Notes: generated by a model not told the origin, from the sequence alone. A stretch of 64,000 nucleotides of DNA from Candidatus Endomicrobium embiratermitis (GCA_009781315.1 WQYI01000002.1:61415-125414); one strand, 5' to 3'. Shown: positions 38,273-47,590, counted from the stretch's first letter. Program-made: numbers and translations.

Positions 38273-40305
38273 TGAAAAAAAAAATCTTTCTTTTTTTTAT
38301 TTTTTTGTTGTTTAGCACGGCGGTTTTCGCCTATGAAGTCGATATTAACGCCGATAATCTTGTATATGACCAAAACAGCGGAAAAATTTCAGCGGACGGC
38401 AACGTAATTCTTGTCTGGAAAGGCAAAAAGGTAAAAGCGGATTACGTTGAGTTTTTAGTCGATAAAAAAGTTATGAATGCGTATGGAGGCGTTAAGATTG
38501 AAGAAGACGGAAACGCTTTTTTCGCCGACAGCATAAATTATAATTTTTCGGACGAAAGCGGGGAAATAAAAAATACTTTTGCGGCTTCATCGTCCATATT
38601 TATGCGCGCCGAAGCTATGCTGCGCCAAGACAAAGACACATACTCCGTAAACAGCGTAAAAATATCAAACTGCGATTTAGACCATCCTCATACGTATTTC
38701 AAAGCAAAAAAAGGAAAAATAACAATCGGAAAAAGAGTTACTCTTTATAATCCGATATTTTATATCGGTAAAATTCCGATTTTCTATCTTCCGATAGTCA
38801 CAAAATCGCTTGAAGGCGGAAGCGGTTTTTCTTCAAAATTAAATTATAAATTCGAGCCCGGCTACACAAGCGACGGCGGAGTTTCCATTAAAAATACCCT
38901 TGAGTACAGATTTAACAATAAAACGTCCGCAAGCGCTTTGTTTGACTATTACGGTTCAAGAGGCTGGGGTTACGGCGGGCAGTTTGACTATTTTTCTAAT
39001 GACGCCAAAGCCTCGGTTTTTGCTTATCACATAGAGGATTTGTCAACGGGAACGGATCGCTGGACAGTGCGTCCGTATTATTGGCACAGGCTGGATGACA
39101 AATGGAGTATACAGTCCCAGGCGGAATTCGTAAGCGACAAAAGTTTTAACAATTATTATAATCAAAACGACTGGAACAGGGTGATGAACACGCTGGAATC
39201 TTATGCCGCGATTACACGGCAGGATCAAAACGGTAATTTGATGATACTTGCCCGGCGTTTCGATACTTATGACCCTTCTAAAGGCGATTTTGAAACTACG
39301 TCGCTGACTCTTCCTCAGGTAAATTTTACTTATTATCCTAAAAAGATTTTCTGGGGAATAACCAACAGTTTTAATCTGGTTTATAATAATGACTACAGAG
39401 AGTACAGTCTTGATAATTTTTTCTATAAAAATTCAACCGCGTTTTCTTATTCTTTGGCGAAAGATTTTAAATTCGGAAGGCGTTTCACTTTAAAGCCTAC
39501 TTTGGGATTTTCCGAGGAGTGGTACGATAAAAATGATTCGGGTGAAATAGATCATATGTTTTTGTCGAAATATTCGGCAAGCTTAAATTCAAGATTCAGA
39601 GCAACCAGCTGGATGGACTGGAACATAAATTATTCCGCGACTGCAAGAGCCGGAAGAAATTCTTTGCAAATAGATTCTGCGGCAAACGATTATGGAATAG
39701 AAAGCAATCTTCTTTCATATACCAATTATATGTATATCGGCAACAGAACCACTGTCCGAAATTTTCTTTCTTACAATTTGAAAGAAGACAGATTGTTTAC
39801 TCCTCAGAAATGGTCTCCTTTTGTCACGGAAATAATATACACGCCAAAGTATTTTATAACCACTTACTTAAGACAGACGCAAATGCTGGAGCCTTTCAAA
39901 TTTAATTCGCTTCAGCTTGACGTTAGAGTCGGAGAACTGGAGAAAATTTATTTAAATTTCGGAGCGTTTTACCAAAATTATGACGACGATCCGTATTATA
40001 GTTACCGCACGCGCGAAGTTGACAATACTTTGGGTTTCGGTTTATGGTTTACCCCAAAATGGCGTTTGGATTACAATATTAAAACTACGGCAAAACTTGA
40101 TTTTACGTATATAAGGATGAATGAACACGAATTCAGGCTTTACAGGGATTTGCACTGTTATAATCTTGGAGTGACGTGGCGGATAAGAGGCGTATACCAC
40201 GAAGTGTTTTTTAAATTCGATTTGAAAACGAATATGCCGTTCGACAGAAAAGCCGTACTGGAAGAGCAGAGAGAGGATGAAAGAATATTTTATCCGTGGA
40301 GATAA
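38272..40305 (+). CDS. lptD: LPS-assembly outer-membrane protein LptD (OstA family)
   Basis: Start MKKKIFLFF... overlaps the glk stop (TAATG). Signal peptide; OstA N-terminal domain (ADNLVYDQNSGKISADGNVIL); aromatic-rich beta-barrel ending in a hydrophobic C-terminal residue. The ORF track start at 38110 is an artefact. Confidence 0.8.
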   Translation: MKKKIFLFFIFLLFSTAVFAYEVDINADNLVYDQNSGKISADGNVILVWKGKKVKADYVEFLVDKKVMNAYGGVKIEEDGNAFFADSINYNFSDESGEIKNTFAASSSIFMRAEAMLRQDKDTYSVNSVKISNCDLDHPHTYFKAKKGKITIGKRVTLYNPIFYIGKIPIFYLPIVTKSLEGGSGFSSKLNYKFEPGYTSDGGVSIKNTLEYRFNNKTSASALFDYYGSRGWGYGGQFDYFSNDAKASVFAYHIEDLSTGTDRWTVRPYYWHRLDDKWSIQSQAEFVSDKSFNNYYNQNDWNRVMNTLESYAAITRQDQNGNLMILARRFDTYDPSKGDFETTSLTLPQVNFTYYPKKIFWGITNSFNLVYNNDYREYSLDNFFYKNSTAFSYSLAKDFKFGRRFTLKPTLGFSEEWYDKNDSGEIDHMFLSKYSASLNSRFRATSWMDWNINYSATARAGRNSLQIDSAANDYGIESNLLSYTNYMYIGNRTTVRNFLSYNLKEDRLFTPQKWSPFVTEIIYTPKYFITTYLRQTQMLEPFKFNSLQLDVRVGELEKIYLNFGAFYQNYDDDPYYSYRTREVDNTLGFGLWFTPKWRLDYNIKTTAKLDFTYIRMNEHEFRLYRDLHCYNLGVTWRIRGVYHEVFFKFDLKTNMPFDRKAVLEEQREDERIFYPWR

Positions 40306-40314
40306 ATGAAACAA

Positions 40315-40450
40315 TTAGGAATTAGGAGTGAGGAGTTAGGAATTAACGACAAAAGACTTTGTCATTCCCGCGAAAGCGGGAATCTAAGTTTTCTAAAAGT
40401 TTGCGGCGAAGCCGCTCCAAAATTCCTAATTCCTAATTTCTAACTCCTAA
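40315..40450. repeat. Composite palindromic element, ATTAGGAATTAGGAG arm flavour
   Basis: Arms attaggaattaggagtgaggagttaggaatt / aattcctaattcctaatttctaactcctaatt; core gtcattcccgcgaaagcgggaat plus tttgcggcgaagccgctccaaaatt. Confidence 0.75.
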
Positions 40451-40473
40451 TTAAATATAAAGAGGGGATATTT

Positions 40474-41430
40474 ATGAAACTATTTGTAACTGGCGGGGCG
40501 GGATTTATCGGATCGAATTTTATAAGGTATATTTTAAAAAAATACCCGAAATACATAATAATTAATTACGATAAGCTTACTTATGCGGGAAATCCCGATA
40601 ATTTAAGAGACGTAGAAAAAAATCCGAGATATAAATTTATAAAAGGCGATATATGCGATTTTAATACGGTAAATAAAAATATAAAAAGCGTTGATGCGAT
40701 TATAAATTTTGCGGCGGAAACGCATGTTGATCGCTCGATTTTAAGCGGCGGCGAGTTTATTAAAACCAATGTCAACGGGACTTATTCTCTTTTGGAAGCC
40801 GCGAGACAAAACAACATAAAAAAATTCGTGCATGTTTCCACGGATGAAGTTTACGGAAGCATATTGAAAGGTTCATTCACGGAAAAATCGCATTTAAGCC
40901 CTAATAGTCCGTACTCGGCTTCAAAGGCTTCTTCGGATTTGCTTGTACGCTCTTATTTTGTCACTTACGGATTGCCGGCAATAATTACAAGATGTTCCAA
41001 CAATTACGGTCCTTACCAGTATCCTGAAAAAGTTATCCCTTTGTTTGTGACGAATGCTTTGCAAAACAAAGAGCTTCCTCTTTACGGAGACGGGAAAAAT
41101 GTCCGTGACTGGCTTTATGTCGAAGACCATTGTCTGGGAATAGATATAGTTTTGCATAAAGGAAAACTTGGCGAAATATATAATATAGGCGGCGGAGTTG
41201 AAATGACAAATATTGAGCTTACCAAAACTATATTAAATATCATGGGAAAACCTGAAACTCTTATAAAACGCGTCGCTGACAGGCTTGGACATGACAGGCG
41301 GTATTCCATAAATTGCGCAAAAATCAAAAGGTTAGGCTATAAACCTAAATTTTCATTTGCAAAAGCCATAAAAAATACTGTAAAATGGTATTCAGAAAAT
41401 GAAAAAATATGGCGAAAATTAACTAAGTGA
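40474..41430 (+). CDS. rfbB: dTDP-glucose 4,6-dehydratase
   Basis: 318 aa; GGAGFIGS and YSASK motifs. Confidence 0.9.
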   Translation: MKLFVTGGAGFIGSNFIRYILKKYPKYIIINYDKLTYAGNPDNLRDVEKNPRYKFIKGDICDFNTVNKNIKSVDAIINFAAETHVDRSILSGGEFIKTNVNGTYSLLEAARQNNIKKFVHVSTDEVYGSILKGSFTEKSHLSPNSPYSASKASSDLLVRSYFVTYGLPAIITRCSNNYGPYQYPEKVIPLFVTNALQNKELPLYGDGKNVRDWLYVEDHCLGIDIVLHKGKLGEIYNIGGGVEMTNIELTKTILNIMGKPETLIKRVADRLGHDRRYSINCAKIKRLGYKPKFSFAKAIKNTVKWYSENEKIWRKLTK

Positions 41431-41440
41431 CATATTAAAG

Positions 41441-41983
41441 ATGTTATCGTCAAAGGAATTAAAAAAGTCCGGCGGACAGGCTTTGGTTGAGGCGGCATTA
41501 ATCGCGCCCCTTATAATTTTTTTTCTTTTCACGGTCGTTTGGTTTGCGCGCGTTATGCTTACATGGCAGCAAATTACGGGCGCGGCAAGGTACGGAACGG
41601 ATCTTATAGCTTATACCTCTTATAGTAAAAAATTTATAGAAAAAGATATCAGGCATTATTTATGCCACGGCAACAATATAGGCAGGACTTTGGATTCCGA
41701 TCCGAAAATATTGCGTATTAAAGTTGAAGCGCGCGACGCGAAAAAATCGGATTTCAGTTTAGGTATCAAAAATATTGCGGATTTTAACCCTTTAAATATT
41801 GTCCAAAACATAAAAAATTTGTCGCCTATCGGGCCGGATAAGTCTTATGTGGAAATAGAATATGACTATAAAATTCCGAAAATTATGAGAATAACCGGTA
41901 ATGAATATTTAACAATAAGAGCAAAAAGCGAAGTGTTGTCCGGAGACGCAAGCGCGGGATATAAAAAACGCAGAGGAACATAA
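41441..41983 (+). CDS. TadE/TadG-family pilus assembly protein
   Basis: 180 aa; N-terminal GQALVEAALIAPLIIFFLF hydrophobic segment. Confidence 0.65.
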   Translation: MLSSKELKKSGGQALVEAALIAPLIIFFLFTVVWFARVMLTWQQITGAARYGTDLIAYTSYSKKFIEKDIRHYLCHGNNIGRTLDSDPKILRIKVEARDAKKSDFSLGIKNIADFNPLNIVQNIKNLSPIGPDKSYVEIEYDYKIPKIMRITGNEYLTIRAKSEVLSGDASAGYKKRRGT

Positions 41984-42000
41984 TAAAACAGTTAGTAATT

Positions 42001-42100
42001 AGTAGTGAGTAGTTAGTAGTTGTTGTGCGGGGCTTTGCCCCGCTAATAAACAGGTGCGCAAAGCGCACTCCAAAATTACTCACTATTCACTACTCACTGA
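42001..42100. repeat. Composite palindromic element, AGTAGTGAGTAG arm flavour
   Basis: Arms cagttagtaattagtagtgagtagttagtag / tactcactattcactactcactg; core gcggggctttgccccgc plus gtgcgcaaagcgcactccaaaatt. Confidence 0.75.
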
Positions 42101-42121
42101 TGTTAAAAGGGGAGAAACAAA

Positions 42122-42301
42122 ATGTTGAACTTTGGCTGGCTTAAAAGAAACAAAGGTCAGGGTATGGTAGAGTATATTTTGATTGTTGCCGTGGTTGTAG
42201 GCATCGTATTTGCGGCTTATAAACTTATGGGCGGGTCTGTAAAAGAGCAATTCGGAAAAGCCCAGACTACTATTGAAAATGCGGATGCAGAGAAAAAATA
42301 G
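42122..42301 (+). CDS. flp: Flp/Fap-family type IVb pilin (59 aa; not in the ORF track)
   Basis: MLNFGWLKRNKGQGMVEYILIVAVVVGIVFAAY...: Flp motif G-xxxx-EY followed by a hydrophobic helix; GGGGAG RBS upstream; precedes cpaB. Confidence 0.8.
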   Translation: MLNFGWLKRNKGQGMVEYILIVAVVVGIVFAAYKLMGGSVKEQFGKAQTTIENADAEKK

Positions 42302-42304
42302 TCT

Positions 42305-43147
42305 ATGAAAAAAACGATATTATTGTCGGTTATTTTTGCCGTTGCCGCATCGTTTTTTGCTTACGTATATCTTTCGGGTTTGGAAACAAAATACAAACAG
42401 ATGTCCGAGCCTGTAAAAGTTGTAGTGGCGGCGCAGAGAATCGCCCAAGGAACGGTTATTGGAAAAAATATGCTTGCCGAAAAAAATGTTCCTAAAGAAT
42501 ACGTTCAGCCTAAAGTTTTTGAGGCTGTCGGGAACCTTTTTTCAAAAGACTGGTCACCGGTATACATAGCGTTAAATACCATTGAACCCGGCGAACAGAT
42601 ACTTTCGACAAAAGTTTCGCAAACAAATCAAGATACGGGAATATCCAATATTATCCCGGACGGTCAGAAAGCTTTGGCAGTAAATTTCGACGCGGACAGT
42701 TCTCTTGTCATAACTCCCGGAAGCAGAATAGACGTTTTGAGCATAATAGAATATTCCGACGGCAATAAACAATTCCATCAATCTGTTTTCCCGGTGGCTC
42801 AAAATATTCTTGTTTTGGCTGTAGGAAATAATTATTTGGGTTCCGCTAAAAGAAAAGGCGATGATGAATCGTCATCGGGTAAAGGAATACTCACATTGGC
42901 TGTAAGCATCGAAGACGCTCAGGCGATACTTCTTGCGGGCGAAAAAGGGATTTTAAAATATATAATACGTCCCGCAGGCGACGAAACCGTAACGGAAATA
43001 AAACCTTTAAAAATGTCGGATATTATCAAAGATATTTCAAAAACTTCATATCAGTCCGATATTAAAAAATCCGCCGCGGAAAAAGCCGTAAACCAAAGCC
43101 GGAAAGAAGCGCTGGAAATAATAAATAAATACGCAAAAGGCGAGTAA
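42305..43147 (+). CDS. cpaB: Flp pilus assembly protein CpaB/RcpC
   Basis: 280 aa; N-terminal TM helix, SAF/CpaB domain. Confidence 0.75.
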   Translation: MKKTILLSVIFAVAASFFAYVYLSGLETKYKQMSEPVKVVVAAQRIAQGTVIGKNMLAEKNVPKEYVQPKVFEAVGNLFSKDWSPVYIALNTIEPGEQILSTKVSQTNQDTGISNIIPDGQKALAVNFDADSSLVITPGSRIDVLSIIEYSDGNKQFHQSVFPVAQNILVLAVGNNYLGSAKRKGDDESSSGKGILTLAVSIEDAQAILLAGEKGILKYIIRPAGDETVTEIKPLKMSDIIKDISKTSYQSDIKKSAAEKAVNQSRKEALEIINKYAKGE

Positions 43148-45198
43148 TGCTTACTATTGTCCCGACCTGTGATTGTCTTAAAAGATCTTTAATAGCTAAC
43201 GCTTTGTCGCTGATATCTTCTAACCGCGGCGAAGAAAATATAATTGTCGATTTTTCCGTTCCCGCGACCGAAGCATTTTGGTCGTTATATAAAAACGGAG
43301 TGAAATATGTCGAGGATATTCTGGACGTTTTGCCGGGAATTAATCCAAAAATGTTAAAAAGTTTTTTATCTCCTTCGGGAGTAAGTCTTGTTTTGGGCCT
43401 GAAAAGCAAAAAACTTTCGGAAATACCTTTGACAAGCGTGGATTATCTGCTTGAGATGCTCGGTAAAAATTACAAACGTGTTTTTGTAATTTTGCCGGAC
43501 ACAAATGACGAACATTCTTTTGAAATTATAAAAAAATCAAAATGCGTGTTAATGCCTTTTACTTCCGACGCATTTTCCGCAAGAAATGCCGTGTCGCTTG
43601 CAAATCTTTATGCTTCAAAGGTTCCGTTAGGATTTAATCCCTTGTCTTTAAAACTTAAATTAGATTACGACTTTAATTCCGATAGAATTTTAAATTCCAA
43701 TGAAATTTTTAAAAACACTTTGTCGGCGGAATTTAACGCCGGAATTGAACGCCAGATTAGTTCCCCGAAATATTCATTCAGGGATAAATCCGTGGAATTT
43801 ACGGCGACTTTGGAAAAAGTTCTTGATTATTGCGATTCGTCCGACAAAGTCGCAATTTATTCGGAAAATGTTTCGAAAAAATATTTTAACGATGAAAATG
43901 TTTACGGTGAATTGAAAAATAAGGTTTACGGCGAACTCGTTGAAGACATTTATGATGAATTGAGAAATAAAGTTTACGGGGAACTCGTTGAAGAAATGAA
44001 ATCTTTTGCGGGTGAAACGGATGAAAAACGCTTAAAAGAGATTGCCGGTGAAAAAATCGGAGCCATATTAAAAAAACTTGATTTGCGTTTGCCGGAAGAG
44101 ATTTCGGAAAAAATTTTCAAAGAGTTGATCGATAATGTAACAGGACTCGGTGTTTTGGAGGATTTTATTAAAAATCCGGCTGTTACGGAAATAATGGTTA
44201 ACGGTTACGACAATATTTATATTGAAAAGTCGGGACGCATTTTTAAAACCGACATGGCGTTTGCTGATGAAAAACAATTGAGAACGGTTATCGACAGAAT
44301 CGTAGCCCAGACAGGAAGGCATATAGACGAAGCTTCGCCTATTGTCGACGCAAGGCTCAAAGACGGCTCGCGCGTTAATGCCGTCATCAAACCTGTCGCT
44401 TTAAACGGTTCGATTTTAACGATAAGAAAATTTTCGAAAAGCAAACTTTCTATTGAATCTTTAGTATCTTCGGGAAGTATAAGCATAGAAATGATAGCTT
44501 TTTTAAAAATCGCTGTGGTGTTGAAGAAAAATATTATAATTTCTGGCGGTACGGGTACCGGAAAGACAACTTTGTTGAATATACTGTCGTCTTTTATACC
44601 TGAAAACGAAAGAATCGTAACGATTGAAGATTCCGCGGAATTGCAGCTCCAGCAAAAACACGTTGTCCGGCTTGAAAGCCGTCCTATATCCAGCGAAGGT
44701 ACCGGCGAAGTAAGCATAAAGCGTCTGGTTGTCAATGCGCTAAGAATGAGACCTGACAGAATTATAGTCGGAGAGTGCCGTGCCGGAGAAGCGTTTGATA
44801 TGCTGCAGGCAATGAATACGGGTCATGAAGGCAGCATGTCGACAGTGCATGCGAATACGGAAGCCGACGCCATTTCAAGGCTTGTTGCCATGGTTTTGAT
44901 GTCCGGCGTAGATTTTCCGGAGCGTTCGATAATTTCGCAGATAGCTTCGGCAGTGCACGTTATAGTCCAGCTTACGCGTTATAACGACGGTTCGAGAAAA
45001 ATATCTTCGATATCGTGCGTAAATAAAACCATGGACGATAGAATATTCGAAATAAACCAGGTATTTAAGTTTCATTTGAAAGGAGTTGAGAACGGAATTC
45101 AAAAAGGCGAATTCCACTCTACGGGATTTATACCGGATTTTATAAAAACGGCCGTAGACAGCGGACTAAACATAGATCTCGGTATTTTTAAATGCTAA
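43147..45198 (+). CDS. cpaF: Tad pilus secretion ATPase CpaF/TadA fused to a ~330-aa N-terminal domain, possibly a degenerate TadZ/CpaE-like scaffold
   Basis: C-terminal half has Walker A GGTGTGKTT and the VirB11-like RGE..AF motif. N-terminal half has no Walker A. A linker carries the direct repeat NKVYGELVEDIYDELRNKVYGELVEEMK. Confidence 0.8.
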   Translation: MLTIVPTCDCLKRSLIANALSLISSNRGEENIIVDFSVPATEAFWSLYKNGVKYVEDILDVLPGINPKMLKSFLSPSGVSLVLGLKSKKLSEIPLTSVDYLLEMLGKNYKRVFVILPDTNDEHSFEIIKKSKCVLMPFTSDAFSARNAVSLANLYASKVPLGFNPLSLKLKLDYDFNSDRILNSNEIFKNTLSAEFNAGIERQISSPKYSFRDKSVEFTATLEKVLDYCDSSDKVAIYSENVSKKYFNDENVYGELKNKVYGELVEDIYDELRNKVYGELVEEMKSFAGETDEKRLKEIAGEKIGAILKKLDLRLPEEISEKIFKELIDNVTGLGVLEDFIKNPAVTEIMVNGYDNIYIEKSGRIFKTDMAFADEKQLRTVIDRIVAQTGRHIDEASPIVDARLKDGSRVNAVIKPVALNGSILTIRKFSKSKLSIESLVSSGSISIEMIAFLKIAVVLKKNIIISGGTGTGKTTLLNILSSFIPENERIVTIEDSAELQLQQKHVVRLESRPISSEGTGEVSIKRLVVNALRMRPDRIIVGECRAGEAFDMLQAMNTGHEGSMSTVHANTEADAISRLVAMVLMSGVDFPERSIISQIASAVHVIVQLTRYNDGSRKISSISCVNKTMDDRIFEINQVFKFHLKGVENGIQKGEFHSTGFIPDFIKTAVDSGLNIDLGIFKC

Positions 45199-45998
45199 TT
45201 TTAATATGTTTCATCATATCGGTATTTGCCGCCGTATTTTTGCTTGTATTTTCTTTGATAAAAGGAATATCCGCAAAAAAAGAAAAGAGAAAAATATCGT
45301 TTAAAAACATAAGCGCGAACAGGAAAAGAGTAATCGTCGCGCTTATTATTTTTTTATTGTCCGCCGTTATTATCCAAAATATAATTTTTGCTTTAATTTT
45401 TTGCGGTTTGTATTTGTATTTCGGCTGGTATTTCAAAGATAAAAAAGCAAAGGAACTTGCCGCATTAATCGATAAACAGGTTATAGAAGCGTTGACAATT
45501 ATTAAAAGCGCGGTACAGTCGGGACAGTCTCTTGTCAAAGCGATTAATACGGCTTCATCGGAACTTAAAGAGCCTATTAAAAGCGAATTTTCCGGTATTT
45601 CCGAAAGGCTTGCTTTAGGCGCAAGTTTTGATAAAGTTTTATCCGATATTTCAGAAAAATCTCCGAGTAAAGAATTTCGCCTTATGATAAATACAATAAG
45701 AATTTCAAAAGATTCCGGCGCAAGTCTTGGCGGTATGTTTGACAGGATAACCGACGCCGCGGTTCAAAGGGTTGCGATTCAGTCCAAAGTCAACGCGTTG
45801 ACGGCGCAGGGCAGAATGTCCGGAAATATCGTAAGCGTAATACCTTTTGTCGTTGTTTTGATGATGTATGTAATCGAGCCTGATATGATGAGTTCACTTT
45901 TTACTACTGTCGCGGGCAATATTTTACTTTTGATAGTCGTAATAATGGTGCTTACGGGTTCTTTCGTAATCAGAAAGTTAACGGAAATAGACTTTTGA
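45192..45998 (+). CDS. tadB: Tad pilus inner-membrane protein TadB
   Basis: 268 aa; T2SF-like domain; overlaps cpaF by 7 nt. Confidence 0.75.
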   Translation: MLILICFIISVFAAVFLLVFSLIKGISAKKEKRKISFKNISANRKRVIVALIIFLLSAVIIQNIIFALIFCGLYLYFGWYFKDKKAKELAALIDKQVIEALTIIKSAVQSGQSLVKAINTASSELKEPIKSEFSGISERLALGASFDKVLSDISEKSPSKEFRLMINTIRISKDSGASLGGMFDRITDAAVQRVAIQSKVNALTAQGRMSGNIVSVIPFVVVLMMYVIEPDMMSSLFTTVAGNILLLIVVIMVLTGSFVIRKLTEIDF

Positions 45999-46006
45999 TA
46001 ACAGCA

Positions 46007-46102
46007 GAAGTTTAGATGTTTGGCAGCTTGGAAGCTTGGCAAAAACAAAAGGCAGTTACTAAGCTTCCAAACTTCTAAGCTCTCTAAACTCTCTAAACTT
46101 CT
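46007..46102. repeat. Composite palindromic element, family 3, copy 3 (between tadB and tadC)
   Basis: gaagtttagatgtttggcagcttggaagcttggc ... aagcttccaaacttctaagctctctaaactctctaaacttc. Confidence 0.7.
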
Positions 46103-46116
46103 TAATAAGGATATTT

Positions 46117-47001
46117 ATGTACTTAATCCTATTTTGCATATTTTTTGCCGTAAGTTTATTCTTTTTTACAAATTTTTTTCTCAAAAGCGTTGACCGGGCT
46201 GCAGCAGAGGGAAAAGTTTATAATGCGCTTGAAAAAAATCAAAGCAAAAGTTTTCTTATGCCTTTTATTTTTAGACGCGCGGATAATTTAGGAAAACTGT
46301 TTTCTAAAATAAACAATAAAAAATTCCGCGAATATGCCGGTAAAATTGATAATGACTTAAGGACTCTCGAAGGAAATTACGATAAGTTCAATTCTTATCA
46401 ATATATATCTTTACAATTTTTTGCGGCAGCCGCGGGAATGTTATTTTGCGCTTTATTTATAAGCGTTGATATCTTTTTTCTGTTTTTTGCCGGTCTTTTG
46501 TTTTTCTTTTTGCCGCTCATTAAAATCAAAGAAGAAATAAAAAAGCGAAGGGAAACTATATTTAAACAATTGCCCGATATGGCGGATTTACTTTCTATAA
46601 TGCTTGAGTCCGGAGCTGATTTTTTCGGAGCCGCGGATAAAGCGACCGTTATTTTAAAAGGGCCGCTGTCAGACGAATTTAAAAGCGTTTTGTCAAAAAT
46701 ATCTTTCGGCTACGATAAGAAAAAAGCCCTAAACGAGATGGTGCAAAAAACAGGGGTCGAACAGCTCGGTTTTTTCGTAAGGACTATAAATATGTCCTTA
46801 GATTCCGGCGCTGGCATGGCCGGCACTTTAAAAAGGATTGCCGCGCAAATCAGAAATGAGCGCGCGTCTCTTGCCGAAAAAAAAGCTCAGGAAGCTCCGG
46901 TGAAAATGCTAATTCCTCTGGTTCTTTTTATATTTCCGACCATTTTTATAGTAATATTCGGACCTATAGTAATAAACTTCATTAAGACCGGCGGCTTTTG
47001 A
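46117..47001 (+). CDS. tadC: Tad pilus inner-membrane protein TadC
   Basis: 294 aa; T2SF-like domain; AAGGA RBS. Confidence 0.75.
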   Translation: MYLILFCIFFAVSLFFFTNFFLKSVDRAAAEGKVYNALEKNQSKSFLMPFIFRRADNLGKLFSKINNKKFREYAGKIDNDLRTLEGNYDKFNSYQYISLQFFAAAAGMLFCALFISVDIFFLFFAGLLFFFLPLIKIKEEIKKRRETIFKQLPDMADLLSIMLESGADFFGAADKATVILKGPLSDEFKSVLSKISFGYDKKKALNEMVQKTGVEQLGFFVRTINMSLDSGAGMAGTLKRIAAQIRNERASLAEKKAQEAPVKMLIPLVLFIFPTIFIVIFGPIVINFIKTGGF

Positions 47002-47035
47002 TTTTAATCCTCGCTTGCCTTTGCCGTTAAATATC

Positions 47036-47098
47036 GGTTTTGTTTATGTAAAGCGCGTTAGTGCGAATGCGTGCGGCGCTTGAATAAACAAAACAAAA
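47036..47098. mobile_element. Internally deleted derivative of the MITE-like element (terminal inverted repeats only)
   Basis: gttttgtttatgtaaagcgcgttagtgcg ... cgtgcggcgcttgaataaacaaaac, matching both ends of 52262-52440. Confidence 0.6.
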
Positions 47099-47106
47099 AA
47101 TATTGA

Positions 47107-47135
47107 TTGACAAAAAAAAATATTTTTTCTATATT
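47107..47135 (+). promoter_or_regulatory. Sigma-70-type promoter for the tRNA-Lys/tRNA-Glu pair (TTGACA-N17-TATATT)
   Basis: ttgacaaaaaaaaatattttttctatatt, about 70 nt upstream of tRNA-Lys. Confidence 0.5.
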
Positions 47136-47203
47136 ATACAGGTTGTGAAAATTAGACATTCTTCTCTCTTCGAAGTTCGACGGTCTAATCTTTTCAAATC
47201 AAA

Positions 47204-47276
47204 GGGCCCGTAGCTCAGCCGGTAGAGCACCTCACTTTTAATGAGGTTGTCGTGCGTTCGAGCCGCACCGGGCTCA
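47204..47276 (+). tRNA. tRNA-Lys (anticodon TTT)
   Basis: Acceptor GGGCCCG/CGGGCTC plus A; anticodon stem CCTCA/TGAGG, loop CTTTTAA; T-arm GTGCG-TTCGAGC-CGCAC. Confidence 0.9.
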
Positions 47277-47287
47277 TTTTTAATCAA

Positions 47288-47360
47288 GCCCCCATCGTCT
47301 AGGGGTCTAGGACACATGATTTTCAATCATGCGACCGGGGTTCAAATCCCCGTGGGGGCG
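47288..47360 (+). tRNA. tRNA-Glu (anticodon TTC)
   Basis: Acceptor GCCCCCA/TGGGGGC plus G; anticodon stem CATGA/TCATG, loop TTTTCAA; T-arm CGGGG-TTCAAAT-CCCCG. Confidence 0.9.
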
Positions 47361-47488
47361 TTTTTAACTTCGTCTTTTAAGCTTATACAGCGTCAGAGGT
47401 TCGCTCATTTACCGTTTGCTTTCGTAAACTTCGCCAGCCTCTTCCTTGTCTAAACTTAAAATACTTCGTTAAATTTATGGTAACCATA

Positions 47489-47590
47489 TTGATTTGCTGT
47501 CGCAAGCGTCAGTCGCCGTGCGACGAATAAGGAGCACAAGTTTGGCGACGGGTGCAAGATGGTGAGCACCCAATCCTTTAAGAGAATCCT
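47489..47590 (+). ncRNA. Candidate structured RNA element, copy B (two hairpins; conserved loop CGACGAAUAAGGAGC)
   Basis: Aligns with the reverse complement of 1814-1915; the stems differ by compensatory substitutions. Confidence 0.45.

Noticed and set aside
40355-40390. Neisseria-type dRS3 repeat (ATTCCC-N8-GGGAAT), which would imply horizontal origin
   Set aside because: The similarity is limited to the generic palindrome form. The organism is low-GC and the repeat is embedded in a lineage-specific composite element, so convergence is more likely.
47129-47326. 65-aa minus-strand ORF
   Set aside because: It lies entirely antisense across tRNA-Lys and tRNA-Glu and is an artefact of ORF calling.
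1915-47489. Possibility that the 45.5-kb segment between the two inverted elements is a genomic island or prophage
   Set aside because: Its content is core housekeeping (aminoacyl-tRNA synthetases, ribosomal proteins, his/lys biosynthesis, lptD). No integrase, phage genes or compositional shift are visible.
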